DNA from: Balanoglossus misakiensis
Taxonomy: Eukaryota; Animalia; Hemichordata
Assembly: GCA_040954595.2 (NCBI GenBank)
Contig: CM082576.2
Location: forward strand, 20,623,114-20,687,113
Reading direction: 5' to 3'
Length of the DNA: 64,000 nucleotides
Below are positions 1 to 13,400 of this stretch, piece by piece. The notes under the pieces were generated by a model, which worked only from the letters and a program-made list of their open reading frames with translations, was not told where the DNA came from and did not search any database. A program made the position numbers and the translations under genes. Position 1 is the stretch's first letter. Every line of letters begins with the position of its first letter.

Positions 1-186
1 CAGTGTCTTTCCAATCATGAATTTGCAAGGTGTCCTTCGGAGAAAATCTTCTGATTCTCTTTTCTGATTTGCTTTGCATATATGACTTAATGATCTCATT
101 TGTTGGAATTCCCTGTCCCAAATTTTTGATGATCAGTCTCTGCCCCATTGCTCATCGTCCCAACTTTCTTGTGTATTGAAAACCAG

Positions 187-310
187 GAATCAACCAATGC
201 GATCCCAATCCGTGCTTGAACAGTGGTTTCTGCCAGATGACATCTGGATCATGTGAACTGTACACATGTTTCTGTCAGAATTGTTTTCACTGGTGACCTT
301 TGTGAACAAA
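187..310 (+). pseudogene. 8-Cys EGF-like exon (frameshifted) belonging to an upstream copy of the locus
   Basis: ag|GAATCAACCAATGC...GAACAAA|gtaag translates as INQCDPNPCLNSGFCQMTSGSCELYTCFCQNCF/TGDLCEQ with a 1-nt frameshift. Positions 1-169 match 19830-19999. Confidence 0.8.
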
Positions 311-1359
311 GTAAGTTTTGATTTATTGTCTTGGGATAATAATTTATACAGTTTAAAGTATCACCATTTCTTTCAATATGTAGATTTTTTGTTTTTCTCT
401 ACAAGTGTAATCAAGATCTGCATGAAAATTTGTGTCGCTGTCACCGAACCCAGCTAGTCCATACAACCAACAGTATGAATCACCACCTCATGCTGGGCGT
501 AGCCATAGGCTATACATGCCTGCCGGTATCGAAGGCCATTATGAGTATTGGTACCAGACCCCTCTTGAGAATGAATCATGGTTCCACCCTTATGGTAAAA
601 AGTAAGATTACTCCATGCTAATAAATAACAATATTAGAATGAAAGTACATTCCAAGTGACTTGTTGGGAGTATCGGGCCACTTAATCCCGAAAAATTGCA
701 ATCAGCCTGATTTTCAGTTAACCAATCTAAAGCCCAACTTTTCGTGTATTTAGTTGGGTTTCTAAAACTAACAAATTTTTTGACAATATTTATGGCATGA
801 TGAACACTACTCTCATTAAATAAAATAATGTTGTGTCGTCCACAACAGGTGTAATTTTTATGTGTTTGGAATCGTAGACACCATTTATCTTTTAGTCAAC
901 TCTAAATCTAATATAACAGTCGCGAAAATTGCTATGACAAACAAAAAATGAAGTGCTGACAGGGGACACCCTTGTCAGATCCCTTTGGATGGAGAACATT
1001 TAGAGAAGACATTGCCATTTTTCAAACATCTAGTATGTGATTATACATAGTTTTAACCCTAACGCTGCCAAGTCAGTTTGATATCCAGGGTGCCTAGAAT
1101 CCTGGCTCCCAGGCCTGTTAGGCTGCCAAGGGCGTGTTACGCAGTAGGGCCTATACAAGACCCTCAAACCAAACCAGAGCAAACCAGTACGATTTAGTAC
1201 ATTTAAGGGGGGTTTAGACTGCCAAGTGTGTCTAACATATGAGAGCCATGGCAAGACAGTCAAAATACGTTTAGGAAGAAAAAATGGCAAATACATACTT
1301 TAAGGCACTCTAAACAGGTATGACACCTAGTAGCATTAGGGTTAAAATATAGCTGCAAG

Positions 1360-2145
1360 CCAAAATGGTCATCTGAGGTCACCCGAAATTTGGGCAAAAT
1401 TTTTTGACCCCATACTGGTCCAGGTCCATCAGAAACAAAACCTTCAGCCCTATTGGTTCGCCTGGAATTAGGTATGCACATAATTAATGAGTTAAGCAGT
1501 TGTACAGGTGACCTCAAAATTCGGCTTTTCATTTTAGTCCCATCCCTGGAAATGCTAGGCTGTACCTGCTCTGGAGGCCGAGATATGAGAAAGTAGATCA
1601 CCTGAGGTCACCCAAAATATTATGGAAAAAATTGGACCCCACACTTGTCCATGTCCAACAGAAACAAAACCTCTAGCCCTATTGGTAAGCCTAGAATTAG
1701 GTATGCACATAATTAATTAGGTCAAAGGTCAAGGGGTAACAAGTACATGTGTATGCTTCATCCCACCAAATATGAAGTCTGTCGGTCTAATAGTAACGTA
1801 CTTATGAGCATTTATGTTATATATAGTTCAAAGGTCACCGAGGTCACGAGACATTGCGGCGAAATGATTTGGTCCAATAGTTGTACCTGTCCACCAAAAA
1901 TCAGCTCCCTAGGTGTATTAGTTAGCGTAGAAGTAGATATGTGTTTTTCAAGGTGGGTCAAAGGTCAAGGGGTCACCCGAAATTTGGCTTCTCATTTCGG
2001 CCCCTTGGTCAGTCCCTGTTCACTCCATAAATGGAGACGTGTTCTGCGCAACCGCAGTACGTGTAACCTCGTGAACTCAGATGTGCACATGCGTACAGCA
2101 GTCCCTGTTCACACCATAAATGGAGACGTGTTCTGCGCAACCACA
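1360..2145. repeat. Interspersed element fragment with ~228-bp and ~88-bp internal direct repeats
   Basis: tgaggtcaccc...gaattaggtatgcacataattaat at ~1374 and ~1603, and cagtccctgttcac..cataaatggagacgtgttctgcgcaacc at ~2010 and ~2099. Confidence 0.6.
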
Positions 2146-2829
2146 GCTGGACCTGTGAAAGATTAAATCCGATCGACATATTTAGTTTCCGTATATTATA
2201 TTGACCAATGCAGACTAAGTCTAATAGAATTACTACATGTAGTATATCGTGTATAATACACACGTTTGGCAATATTGCACTTTGAGTGTTAGATGCAGAC
2301 GTGTATACCCGATCTAAATTTCCGACCTACACATGTACATGTATCACTGTTCACATGTACATACACCGTAACTGCGTTCTGAAAATGACATGGTATTTTC
2401 AAAATGTTACCCCAGATTACCCCATCATGTGAGAGCCATGAAACTCACACCCATTGTCCAGCAGTAGTTAGTTGACTATCCTATTCACTCAAAACAAAAA
2501 GAACGGGTGTGAAAAAGTCACTAAAACAGCATTGATACAGAGGTGTATAACACTGTCCATGATTTCAAGAGAAAAACATGAACACAGCCCAGTCACTGTA
2601 TGTGGCGATATCTTTCTAAGTATTTCACTCAACTTGTACAGACGATGCCATGCTGTCTTCTGGAATGTGCTGGTAACGTCACACATCGAAACATATTGAT
2701 GATGCCCTTCCCTGCGGCTCGGGCATCATCAATATTATTAAGGTCAAAGATCACCATCCCTTGTGCAGGCAAAAGATCATGATATTGCCCTCGCTAACAT
2801 GTGTTATTATTTAAATACGATGTTGTCAT

Positions 2830-3168
2830 AGCTTTACTATGCGGGTATAGTAAAGCCTATGCCTTGGTCCAGACCCCCCATGGTCAATGAAAAAATATGA
2901 AATATAATGATCAAAAATCTTCTTCTCAAAATCGGCATACCCTAATTTGAAAATTTCGCCCTTATATGGTCATCAGGTCACTTGACTAATTTAACATTCA
3001 CGGACGTACTTCACCAGATCTCATTGGCCTGCATCATTGTGCCATATTTGAGAATTGTAGGTTTAGCCGTTTTCAAGATCCTAGTGGCCGATGAAAGTGC
3101 CAAAGAAGAAGAAAAATGCCAGCAATACCAATAGGGACCCCGCCCATAGAGGCTTGGGCCCCTAATAA
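2830..3168 (-). mobile_element. Short HINE-like element
   Basis: The minus strand starts ttattaggggccc...ggtccctattg followed by ttcttctt. A hairpin gctttactat..atagtaaagc lies at the other end. Confidence 0.4.
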
Positions 3169-3650
3169 GTTAGTTGTAAAGTTATTACTGAGCTTGAATT
3201 TCACTAGCGACTAAAAGTAAACAAAAACTGATGGTCAAAGTATCACAAGCTTTATTTTGGTTTGATGTAGGATGTAATATGCTTATAGCACACTGCCAAA
3301 TTAATGCCAACCAATAAGACCGGTAGGATATGATCGAAAACCACACGTATTAATGTGTAAAAGGCCGAACTTCCCAATAAATTTGGGTAGCCGACTACAG
3401 ACAGAGTCGAACCGATGCATGATCTGAAGTATCAAGACACATGGACTATTATTTATTGTTTCAACAATTTGACTAAAGTTTATAATTTCCTATGGCAGTT
3501 TTTGCCAACAAGAACCAATGCCCGACCAAACAAAATGGACATTTTCACATGATCTTTACTGAGGTCACAAGTTAGCCAAGCCCTCATACACGCGCTATTC
3601 GGACGTATCGGTGATCTGTTTATGTGTTTAGCTAAGGTGGTAAACTGTTC

Positions 3651-4508
3651 ATCAATCAATCAATCAATCAAAAGGACTTATAGAGCACCAAACTCCACTG
3701 CAATAGTGTTCAATAGCGCTTTACAATGTAAAGTTACTGTAAATGGGCTCTGTTAAACAGATAAGTCTTGATGTGTTTCTTGAAACTGTCAAGGCTAGGT
3801 GACTAGCATACTTCTATTGGGACACTGTTCCAAATGAGTGGGACGATATACGAAAAAGCACGATCGCCGTACGTTTTCTTCTTACTCCATGGTACATGAA
3901 GTAGAAATTTGTCATTTGAACGAAGAAGTCTTGTTGAAGTTTTCAGATGGATTAAGTCAGAGATGTAAGCTGGTGCTGTGTTGTTTAATGCCTTATATGT
4001 CATAAGCAAGATCCTGTATTGGATTCTATAGTGTACAGGCAACCAATGTAAATCCATGAGAACAGGAGTAATATGATCCGTTTTACGGGTACGAGAAACG
4101 ATCCTGGCTGCAGAATTCAGGGCATGCTGTAGCATGCATGATGATGGTAAACCACAGAGTAGTGCATTACAGTAGTTCAGTTTTGATGTGATTAGAGCAT
4201 GAACCAGCATCTGGCAAACTTCCTTAGTGAGGTAACGGCGAATGTGGCTGATTTGACGCAGATGGAAGAAAATTGACTTGCAAATTGCATTAATGTGCTT
4301 ATTGAAAGTGTAATTGTCGTCGAATGTCACACCTATATTCCGTGCAGAATTCACAATTTGAACACAACATGATCCAATGCTCATGTGGTTTATGGGACGA
4401 GGCGAGCGGTTGAACTGAGACCTTATCAGGAGTACCTCGGTTTTGCCACCATTGAGTTGAAGTTTATTATGTGTCATCCAGGTTTTTATTTCGTGAACTG
4501 CACTTTCC
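3651..4508 (-). mobile_element. L2/CR1-clade LINE 3' portion (RT C-terminus) with (TTGA)n tail
   Basis: ORF 3803-4477 has [27 protein letters not shown] and YGDRAFS..P.IWN, typical of L2 ORF2. The tail reads atcaatcaatcaatcaatcaa at 3651-3671. Confidence 0.92.
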
Positions 4509-4793
4509 AGTTAAATATCGCAACTAGCCATAATGTTTGACTGGGGGGAGCACCTATACTAATGCGAGAACCAGGGATTGAAAGTTGCACCTGTGTTTTG
4601 ATCCCTTAGTTACCCTTATAAGTACATTTGTAGTTTAATAACCATAGTTCTATTGCAAACCATTCTTTCCGTAGTTTCTTGTTTCAAATATTGTAATCTG
4701 AATTTATTTTGGTGTTTAACAGGTGTGATTATCTGTATTGGCGGCCATTTTGAAAAAAAATGGTTGACATGGAAACTCTTCAACAGATATTTA

Positions 4794-5220
4794 TAGTCTC
4801 GGTTACCCAGAGCCCTCTGCTTCTTCCGTTAGGCACTCCAGAAAGAGGGTCTGGGGAAACCCGGTAGACAAATCGCCGGGCGGAATCGGGACAGCTGCGA
4901 TGCATGACGGGAGCTTAATATTCCAAAATGGCGACGTCCTGCGCGCGAACCTCACGGCCGACATGTATGTCATACGATAAAGAAAACATGCTGAGTAGTG
5001 CTAGACCTGCTAAAACTGTCTACAAATTGAAAAGAGAGAGAGAAGTTTGGTTAATAGTTTTCTAATATCGTCATATCATAATATCGTACCGAATATTAAG
5101 CTCCCGTCATGCATCGCAGCTGTCCCGATTCCGCCCGGCGATTTGTCTACCGGGTTTCCCCAGACCCTCTTTCTGGAGTGCCTAACGGAAGAAGCAGAGG
5201 GCTCTGGGTAACCGAGACTA
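4794..5220. mobile_element. MITE/foldback element with 130-bp perfect TIRs and a 10-bp TSD
   Basis: cagatattta|TAGTCTCGG...CCGAGACTA|cagatattta. TIRs are 4794-4923 and 5091-5220, and copy B has a single cagatattta (~22688). Confidence 0.95.
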
Positions 5221-5842
5221 CAGATATTTAGTGACTCGCTATCTGAATTCGTTCAATACACATTAACACACATCTGAGCCAAGTTTGGTGCTTTTATCAC
5301 AAAATACACAATCGATATGAAAATTTGGGTTTTGGTGCTCCACTACATATTAAGTAACATTAAGGATGTACGTTCAGTAAAATTGAAAGTATTGTCATTT
5401 TTTTTAATTGTGGATTTTTTTATTCTCCTTTGTATGTATAATGAAAATCCGTAATAAAATATAGGGGTCACCGGGCTTGTTTTTGAAATACAGAGCCATG
5501 AATTTGGTCGATAATAGAAGAAATCTGCTGACTCAGCATTTTTCACCAATGGTTTGTCTATGGGCAAAATTCTTAACGCAATTTATCTCAAAAAAGAGCG
5601 CGGTGACCCCTATATTTTATTTGACCAATGAATTTATATTTGCTGGACTGAGCTATGTGTAAAATTTCGTGAAAATGACAATAGTAGAAGTTTGTTTTCT
5701 GGCGATTATCAATGTAATCCTATGGGAAAAAGACCGGGCGCGCAGTGTTTCCAGTTTATGTTCTGCGCGTACATCCTTGATGAAGTTTGCTGGCTAAAGG
5801 GCTCTTAAACCTCCCTAATATTTGACGTCTTTACTCCTACAG

Positions 5843-7851
5843 GACTGCGCAGTTGGAAGTTACCGTTCAGCATGTTCTGAAGCATGCACGCTGTGTCCAA
5901 GGGTTTCATGTGTGGAACAGCCAGCCTCTCATCACCAACACAATGCGGACAGGGATATTTTGCCAACAATGGAAGTATAGACTGTACGCCTTGTCCTGCC
6001 CTGGGTATAAGTGCCAATATGATGGTATGTCGGAGCCAGAGGTGTGTGAAGATGGATACTACACTAATATAAATGGTGAGTCCGCACTTAAAGTTTGGGC
6101 ATTACTGTGTAATCTTCCACTTAGGCGGACGATCATCTTATGTGCATGTGCCTAATTCTGTGCGTACAAACATTATGTCCAGTCCAAATATTCTGCCAAT
6201 TTTACATCCAATGCATTCAAATAGTGGACTGCTTCGCTTTCATCCAGTTTTCATGTGCATCGTATAAGTAGACTTTTGTTTTGTCCCGTCTTTTCACTGA
6301 ATTTGCTTTTTTCCAAATCTCCGACACAGACTATGATCGTCACATTCTTGTCTGTTGTTAGAACAGCACACTGCCATATGGCATTGACTGTATACAGTTT
6401 CTGTTACGAATATCTCTGGTTTGGCATTTTCCTGTCCTCAATCTTTTGCCAGGGATTTATGTCTCCCCAACCCGCGTGAGAATCCCACGTCTTTGAAGGT
6501 ATGACTGTGACTATAAGATTCTATAAATCTCTGTTTATTTTCAGCACAAACATCATGTGCTGATTGCCCAGCTGGTAACCATTGTCCAAATGGTAACACT
6601 GTGATTTTATGCTCGGCTGGTTATTACAGTTCGGCCTTGGACAAAGGATGTCTCGCTGTACCTCTTGCATAACAGGTAAACTTCTACCCACCCACCTTTA
6701 TTTCCAACATCAAATTTGAATAGACCTCTATTTATGAAAATAATTAAAATTTGCGCCAATTTTTTACAGTGGTATTCAAAGGTTAACTTGGTGTGTAAAT
6801 TCTTTGTTTGATTTACAGATCAGCCGGTGCTGAACAGTGTACTATTTGTGAGCAAGGGTACGCCTGCACAGATCCCAGTGCATCGCAATTCAAGTGTACT
6901 AAGGGTTACGTGTCATTGGCTGGTGCAACAAACTGTACCAGATGTACAAATGGTAAGATTGTGGTACTTGTTCAGTTTGCTGTGTGATGAAACTGAGGGG
7001 TATGTGTGTATGCATGTATGTGTTTACAACAGATTTTCAAGTCAGTGCGACTGGGGTTATGTGTGTGTGTGTATGTATGTATGTGTTTACAACAGATTAT
7101 CAACTCAGTGCGAGATCTTGCGAGACCCGGTTAGCCATGTGAGATCTCGCAGAGTCTTATGATATTCAGAAAATGGTTGATTAGAAATGACATTTAATGT
7201 CCTCCAAAGAATTTTCTACATGCCTGTATACTTGTCTCAGAATTATGAAGTGAATCATCTCAAGTAATTTGTTATTTTAAATGACACTGTATCACAAATA
7301 CTTCACTAAAAACCTCATTTTCTTTAATCAGATGAAATAAGTGAGGAGCCTGCACGCACATCCCGTCTTCTGTGCCCTGCTGGACAATCGTGTTCAGATT
7401 CAATGTAAGATCCGCTTGACTGTGGCAATGGTGAATATGCTATGGAAGGCGACGGCACATGCACGCCTTATCCAGCAGGATCCAAGTGTCCAACCATGTC
7501 ACCCGTAGTTGATTGTTCAACAGTTACTGGTAAGTTGGGCTGCAAATCACTCTTGTGACTTCCCTGTGTTATAGCTTGACATACACAGAAAATTAAACTG
7601 TTATGCTCATTGGAGTTGATATTGTGATGCACTTTGAAAAACACAATGATTCCACTGAAGAGGTATTGTACAGTAACACCTGTGATTACGGACATCTCTC
7701 TAATAAGGGATCGTTGGACCAAACCAATCGTTCTTTGAATTTTTTCTGTGATAGGTTCATACTCGCTAGGTTCGGCCACGTCCTTCTGGTTATGAATGCA
7801 TAACTACAAGTGTCACACAGTGCGCTACAGGGCAGTAAAGTGTTGAAGGAG
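5843..7851 (+). pseudogene. Copy A: five decayed exons of Cys-rich CxxG(Y/F)...CxxCPxG (Ephrin_rec_like/GCC2_GCC3-type) repeats
   Basis: AG/GT-bounded exons at ~5843-6075, 6545-6675, 6819-6952, 7332-7529 and 7755-7851. Peptides include QCGQGYFANNGSIDCTPCP and SCADCPAGNHCPNG. Frameshifts and an in-frame TAA (~7405) are present. Confidence 0.75.
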
Positions 7852-7963
7852 GTAAGTCTTGAAATCTCTTTTCTTCTGGTCTCGATTTGAACATGGTTCC
7901 ACAAGTTGTTTACATCACTTGTAGTTTTACATATTTTTTGAGTTCAACAGCTATGCTATACAT

Positions 7964-8620
7964 GGTGTCCTGAGAAGTCGACCAGTATGAGAAGTCGGTA
8001 TCGGCCAGTACGAGAAGTCGGCCTGTGGGAGAGAACCCTGGTACTTTGTGTTATATATAACTGTTTCACTACGAAATGTTTCCTTGATGTACAGGAGCTG
8101 AGATATTTGTACAAATAGCCGATGAATTTTAAAACTGTCTGTTCACTTTGCATGTACGTCACCGGGGTACGTCAACATCAGTCACCTGCACTTCTTGCGC
8201 TGCGCCAGTAGTCTGTTCCTCGTCACGTTTGTTTGTTTGGTTTTGTCTCAAAGTATGAATATACACATACACCTTCTATGTATTTTAGTAGGCTTTGAAA
8301 CAACTCCCTTTAATCAGAAATGTCACAGGAATTTGGCGAACAACCTAAGCTCCTTACGCGGATACGGGGCTGGCGAACCGGTACGGATGCCAGACGCCAT
8401 TATTTGAAATGACGCCATTGTGTTGTCAAGAATTTGGGAAATCCGTCCAAATGAAAATATTTAGTGCAATTATATTTTATTAAGTGTTGTTATATGTAAT
8501 CTGGGTCATCACTGCACTATTCGGGTACAAGTTCAACAACTGGCCGACTTCTCGTACTGGCCGACTTCTCATACGCGCGTACTGGCCGACTTCTAATCTG
8601 GCCGACTTCTCAAGTATTCC
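7964..8620. mobile_element. Non-autonomous TIR element with subterminal ~17-bp tandem repeats
   Basis: gagaagtcggccagta repeats on the left and tactggccgacttctc on the right, with GG...CC ends and a tatacat duplication on both sides. Confidence 0.8.
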
Positions 8621-10010
8621 TATACATTAGTGAAAATTGGGGAAACTGGTGTTTTCAGACAACTTATGAAGTCCCTTTCGCAATATTAACTCTAAAACAG
8701 CGGGTGATTTCCTTTTAAAATTTAACCAAATAAGCATACTTGGGGTCAACCATCTAGAGTTTTGAAAAAGTGCCCTTTATCTAGCACCTCTGTCAGATTT
8801 TGCCAGGCTCGTAGATTTTTGTAAAATGGCCTCAAAAATAAGAATTTTGGGAGGTTTGTCATATTTTTTCACCATTGTAGAATCTAAATGTTCTGAATTA
8901 TTTTATTTTTAGCAATTTTGAGATTGATTCATGTTCGGTATGATAATCGCATGTCAATACAACTGTTACATTAAAGGAAAAGTTCAAATCCGCCTAAAAC
9001 CACATTGCATTGGTACCTAGTTAAGTTGTCCTCACTTTTGACGCAAAATTTTGATGTGCAATGCACGTGTCTGTGAAATTGACGAATAAAAAAATTGTAT
9101 ACCAGTGCAAAATTAAAAACTCCCTGTGCAGCCTTCTTGGCAACTGCATGCTGGGAAAAGTACTCGGATGATGACAAAAAAGTTTTGGGGTTCCGTGTAG
9201 TGCTACCCCGGAATACAATGTTGGGTGCAGACTACAACTTTGGAAAAGAGATGCAGAATGTCATGTGATATAGTAGTGAAAACAAATACACGTTGGTTCA
9301 CGTATTTCAGCTCTCAGCAATCAGGGTGCATTGAAAGGCCTTGATTGGTGTGATATTCACAATTGATGATTATAAATACTTACAGTTGTATACTGTTTTA
9401 TTTTGTAAATATTGTGTACATTTGCAGCAATGAATCCGTGCGAACACAAACCTTAACCCATGCCGGAATGCTGGTACTTGCCAAGCAATCCAGGGATCTT
9501 GGACAGGCGTCACATGTCAATGTGCTGGCTGCTACCTGGGCTTCACATGTGAAACACGTGAGTACAGTACTTTGTCATTTATTAAAAAATCTAAGTGCTG
9601 AGGTACATTGTAGTAATAATAGCAGGTGTAGTCATTATCATCATCATCATCATCATCATCTTTAAGTCAGTCAGTATGATCGGTAATAAAAACAGTAAAA
9701 TCACCAGTATAAAAATATAACAGAGAAATAATGAACGTGTACTGGTGTTACCATAGGTAAGTGTTGTATAAAATTTTGAATTCCTGTCTTCCAGTTCCTA
9801 ATCCATGCTTCAATAGTCCTTGTCTCAATGGAGGTACCTGCCAACAACAGGCAAATTCTTGTACTGCCACCATTGGCATGTGCACAGAGTGTTACTAGGG
9901 AAACAGGTGTGAGACAAGTAAGTTTGAATCTATAGCAGTTAATAATGATAATTATCATTTTTTATTATGATTTAAACTTCACTGATGTTGTACAAACACA
10001 AAAATAGAAA

Positions 10011-10464
10011 TATTAATAATAATAATAATTTATTTGTATAGCGTCAGTATCCACAAAAAATGTGATCAATGACGCTTAAAGCAAAAGTACAATACAACAA
10101 ATGGCTAAAAAACAGATTTAAAAAGTAAAGTTTTAACATTTGATTTAAAAACAGATAAGTCTGGTGCCTGGCGAATGGTGAGTGGAAGATTATTCCAAAG
10201 AATTGGAGCAGCAACAGTAAAAGCACGATCACCATAACTCTTGGTGCGTGATCGAACAGGGCAGAGTTTGTACTGATCAGCTGACCTTAAATTGCGACAC
10301 GGAACATATAGATTAGTCATGCTAGAAAGATAGATTGGACCAAGTTTATGAATGGATTTAAAAATGAGAACTAACATCTTAAAAACAATACGCTCTGTAA
10401 CAGGTAGCCAGTGCAACTGATACAAAATTGGAGTGATGTGACAGGTGATTGAACGAGTAACAAT
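10011..10464 (-). mobile_element. 5'-truncated L2 LINE of a second family, present only in copy A
   Basis: ORF LHWLPVTERIVFK...YGDRAFTVAAPILWNNLP with an (ATT)n tail, flanked by tagaaa repeats. The empty site is at ~26965-26980. Confidence 0.9.
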
Positions 10465-13400
10465 TAGAAAGGGACAGCAGCTTAGCTCTATTCCGTTTCC
10501 AAAGTGTTTGTTCTTTTAAACTACCTGTGCATTTTTTTTATTTATTCTGATTATGCTAATATGCTAATTTCTTGGTTTGTCACATCACAATTTTTGTAGG
10601 AAACTCACCCCTGGGAATTTTTTTCAGCCACTTACATACATTCATAATCACATGACATTGATGATCATGGAAAATTTGACCCTTTTCCTTGTAGGACTCA
10701 ACCAGTGTCCACCAAATCCGTGCCAGAATGGTGGCTTCTGTCAACCGGCTCGAAATTCCTGCTTTGATCTCACCTGCATATGTACTGGTTGCTACAAAGG
10801 TGATAGGTGTGAGATATGTAAGTATACAGCGCAGTCTCTTTTACCTTTTGTCTCTGATGCATTCAAATACTGCATGTTTCCTGAACATAGGTGTAGCCAT
10901 CACCACAGCAGAGCTTGGAGCGTTCTTGACATCGAATGCAAGATTACACTCTTCCCAATCAAAATCACTTTCGTAGCGCATAATGTCTTGATTGTCTTAG
11001 TTCAAGAAACATTATGCGCGACTGGCCAATTTTACTGCCTTTTGTCAACACACATCCACTATGGAAATTCTCACTCCAGGCCAGATAGTGTAAATTTGCA
11101 TATGAGTCTACAGGTATGCCTGAAGTCAAGTCAAGCATTTGCAAGGAACCCTCCTCCAGTACACAGGTCTTTGATTTCATGAAGGGAAGCCCTTGCCTTA
11201 CAGTCACTGCCACATGATCTATGGAGGTGTGAACAACTTGATACCAGCCTAATATAAGTTGTAGGCACAATCACTCCACACACCCTTGCCATAATTCTGC
11301 AAGGTTTTTGCCATATCTGTACTGTAGAATGAGTAGCATAGAATAAAATGGCGTCCTTTCTTAATTTCCAGTGCAAAACCCCTGTGATCCCAACCCATGT
11401 ATGAATGGTGGATTTTGCCAGCAAACATCGTGCAATTTCTATTCATGCCAGTGTGTGAACTCTTACACAGGTGACATCTGTCAAACCATAGACCCTAGAG
11501 AAAGAAGGACGAGCAACTGCGGCAAAGATCAAAGGGTTTGGGGATTATCTGTATGATGATGTTCTTTTGCATATAATTAACACCCAGGACAGTTGGACAA
11601 TGACTTCCTTACTTCGGCACATGTCGACCCCACCAGTGATGTGAAAACTTGCCACCAAACTGGCACTCCTGCATTTCAGCAGCCACTGCGTTTTTTTCTA
11701 AAATTCTAAAAGTATTACGATGTCTGTGCTAATTATTATGGTTTGGTGTTCGTCTGTCGGTTGAACGGTCATTTCTAGTGCCACAAGCTTCATTTAAAAA
11801 TTGTAAACAAATCATCCATGTTTTTTGCATGTCCGACTGGGCACTCATATTTCTTGGTAACGCTGACACTTTTCGTAATAATTTTATGTTTGCGTGAAGC
11901 ATTGAAACAAAAATTGTGGTTTAGGGGCATTTTATTTCGCAGTGCGTTAACAATAAAACAGATTTCACGAAAACAATTTGTAAACAAACTGGCTGGATTT
12001 TCATGTGTGCGCTATGCAAATACCCACATGGTAAATTAAAACTGTTACAGGTGTATTTGATTTCCACATATGGATTACATGTGTGATAATATTGAGTGCT
12101 GGCAGTTTCAGTAAATGAACTGCTCTTAAAAGTTGGGCGTCAGGGCACCCTTGACTTTGCCTGTTCCAAGCTAGAATGGTCTGTCCATATGAATATTTCT
12201 TCAGCAAGTTACAAGCAATCTTTTTAGTTTTGAATTAAAAAATAGTGAAATGACTTGTGATGTTAATATGCAATTGTTGGTTGATTTACATGCATCTCCA
12301 GGACTCGGTCAATGTTCTCCCAATCTGTGCATGAACAACGGTATCTGTGAGCCAATCAGTAGATCGTGCAGTGCGTTTACCTGTCGCTGTCAAGGCTGTT
12401 TCATTGGAATCACCTGTGACCAAGGTAAATTTATCAGACGAGGATCTGTTTATCCCCCATCATACCGGTATATTTGTCATAGCTGGCAGCTATGAAATTA
12501 CCTGTATATTTAGGATGTGACAAACCAAATAGGCACTTTCAGGAATTGAGTCTTTTTTCAATTACCAAAGTCCTAAACTCCCAAAAGTATAATAAGTAAT
12601 TCTTATTGTTCAGTTATACATTTAGGAGGCTCAGTTATAGGAGAACCCGATAGAACCACAGCTGTAGGAATTAGGGAAATGGTCATACCCTAAAAACTTA
12701 TGTCACTACTATTTTTTTTTAATGCCATTGAAACAGAACAAACTCCATGTAGGCCAAGTCCATGCCTGAACAATGGGCGGTGTACTCAGCTGTTGTGTAC
12801 AACTTATGAGTGTACTTGTCCAGGATGTTTCATCGGCACACACTGCAGCCAGTGTAAAACTCATTAAAACAAACATTTGTCATGCAGGAACTAACATTTA
12901 CAATCATGTCTCAATACATTGTCTGTTGGTCATACTTTATATTTTCATCTTCAGCATCACACCTTGGGCCTTGGGAATCGGTCACCTCAAAAATGATGTA
13001 CAGCTGAAAGAAAACATGTTTATTTGAAGAAAAAAATGTTGATCGTTAATGAAAATTTTCCCTACACAAGATACATATACAGAGATTTTCATAGCCCCAC
13101 AAGTGCGTCCCAGAATGCGCAAGTTGTTTTTGGAAGTGAAGTTCCGTTCAGTATTTACAGTAATGGTAAAGATGATGTTTTTATCAAACAGATTTTGAAA
13201 GTAAATATTGCTGAGATAACATTAGGTTGCACTTTTTATTGCAGTCCAAGATCCATGCCAGCGAAACAGCTGTCTCAACGGGGCTGTATGTAATGCAGTG
13301 GCCAACTCCTGCACGGCATATACCTGTGCCTGTACTGGTTGCTATGAGGGTAACCGTTGTGAAATATGTAAGTTTCTGACGTACCGTAAATGACAATCTT

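Noticed and set aside
7970-8610. Short regularly spaced repeats resembling a CRISPR array
   Set aside because: There are no unique spacers or cas genes, the repeats are inverted between the two ends as in a TIR element, and the DNA is eukaryotic.
10577-11182. 201-aa ORF as a standalone CDS (and 27136-27666)
   Set aside because: Only the 123-bp EGF exon is coding-like; the rest is intron read-through.
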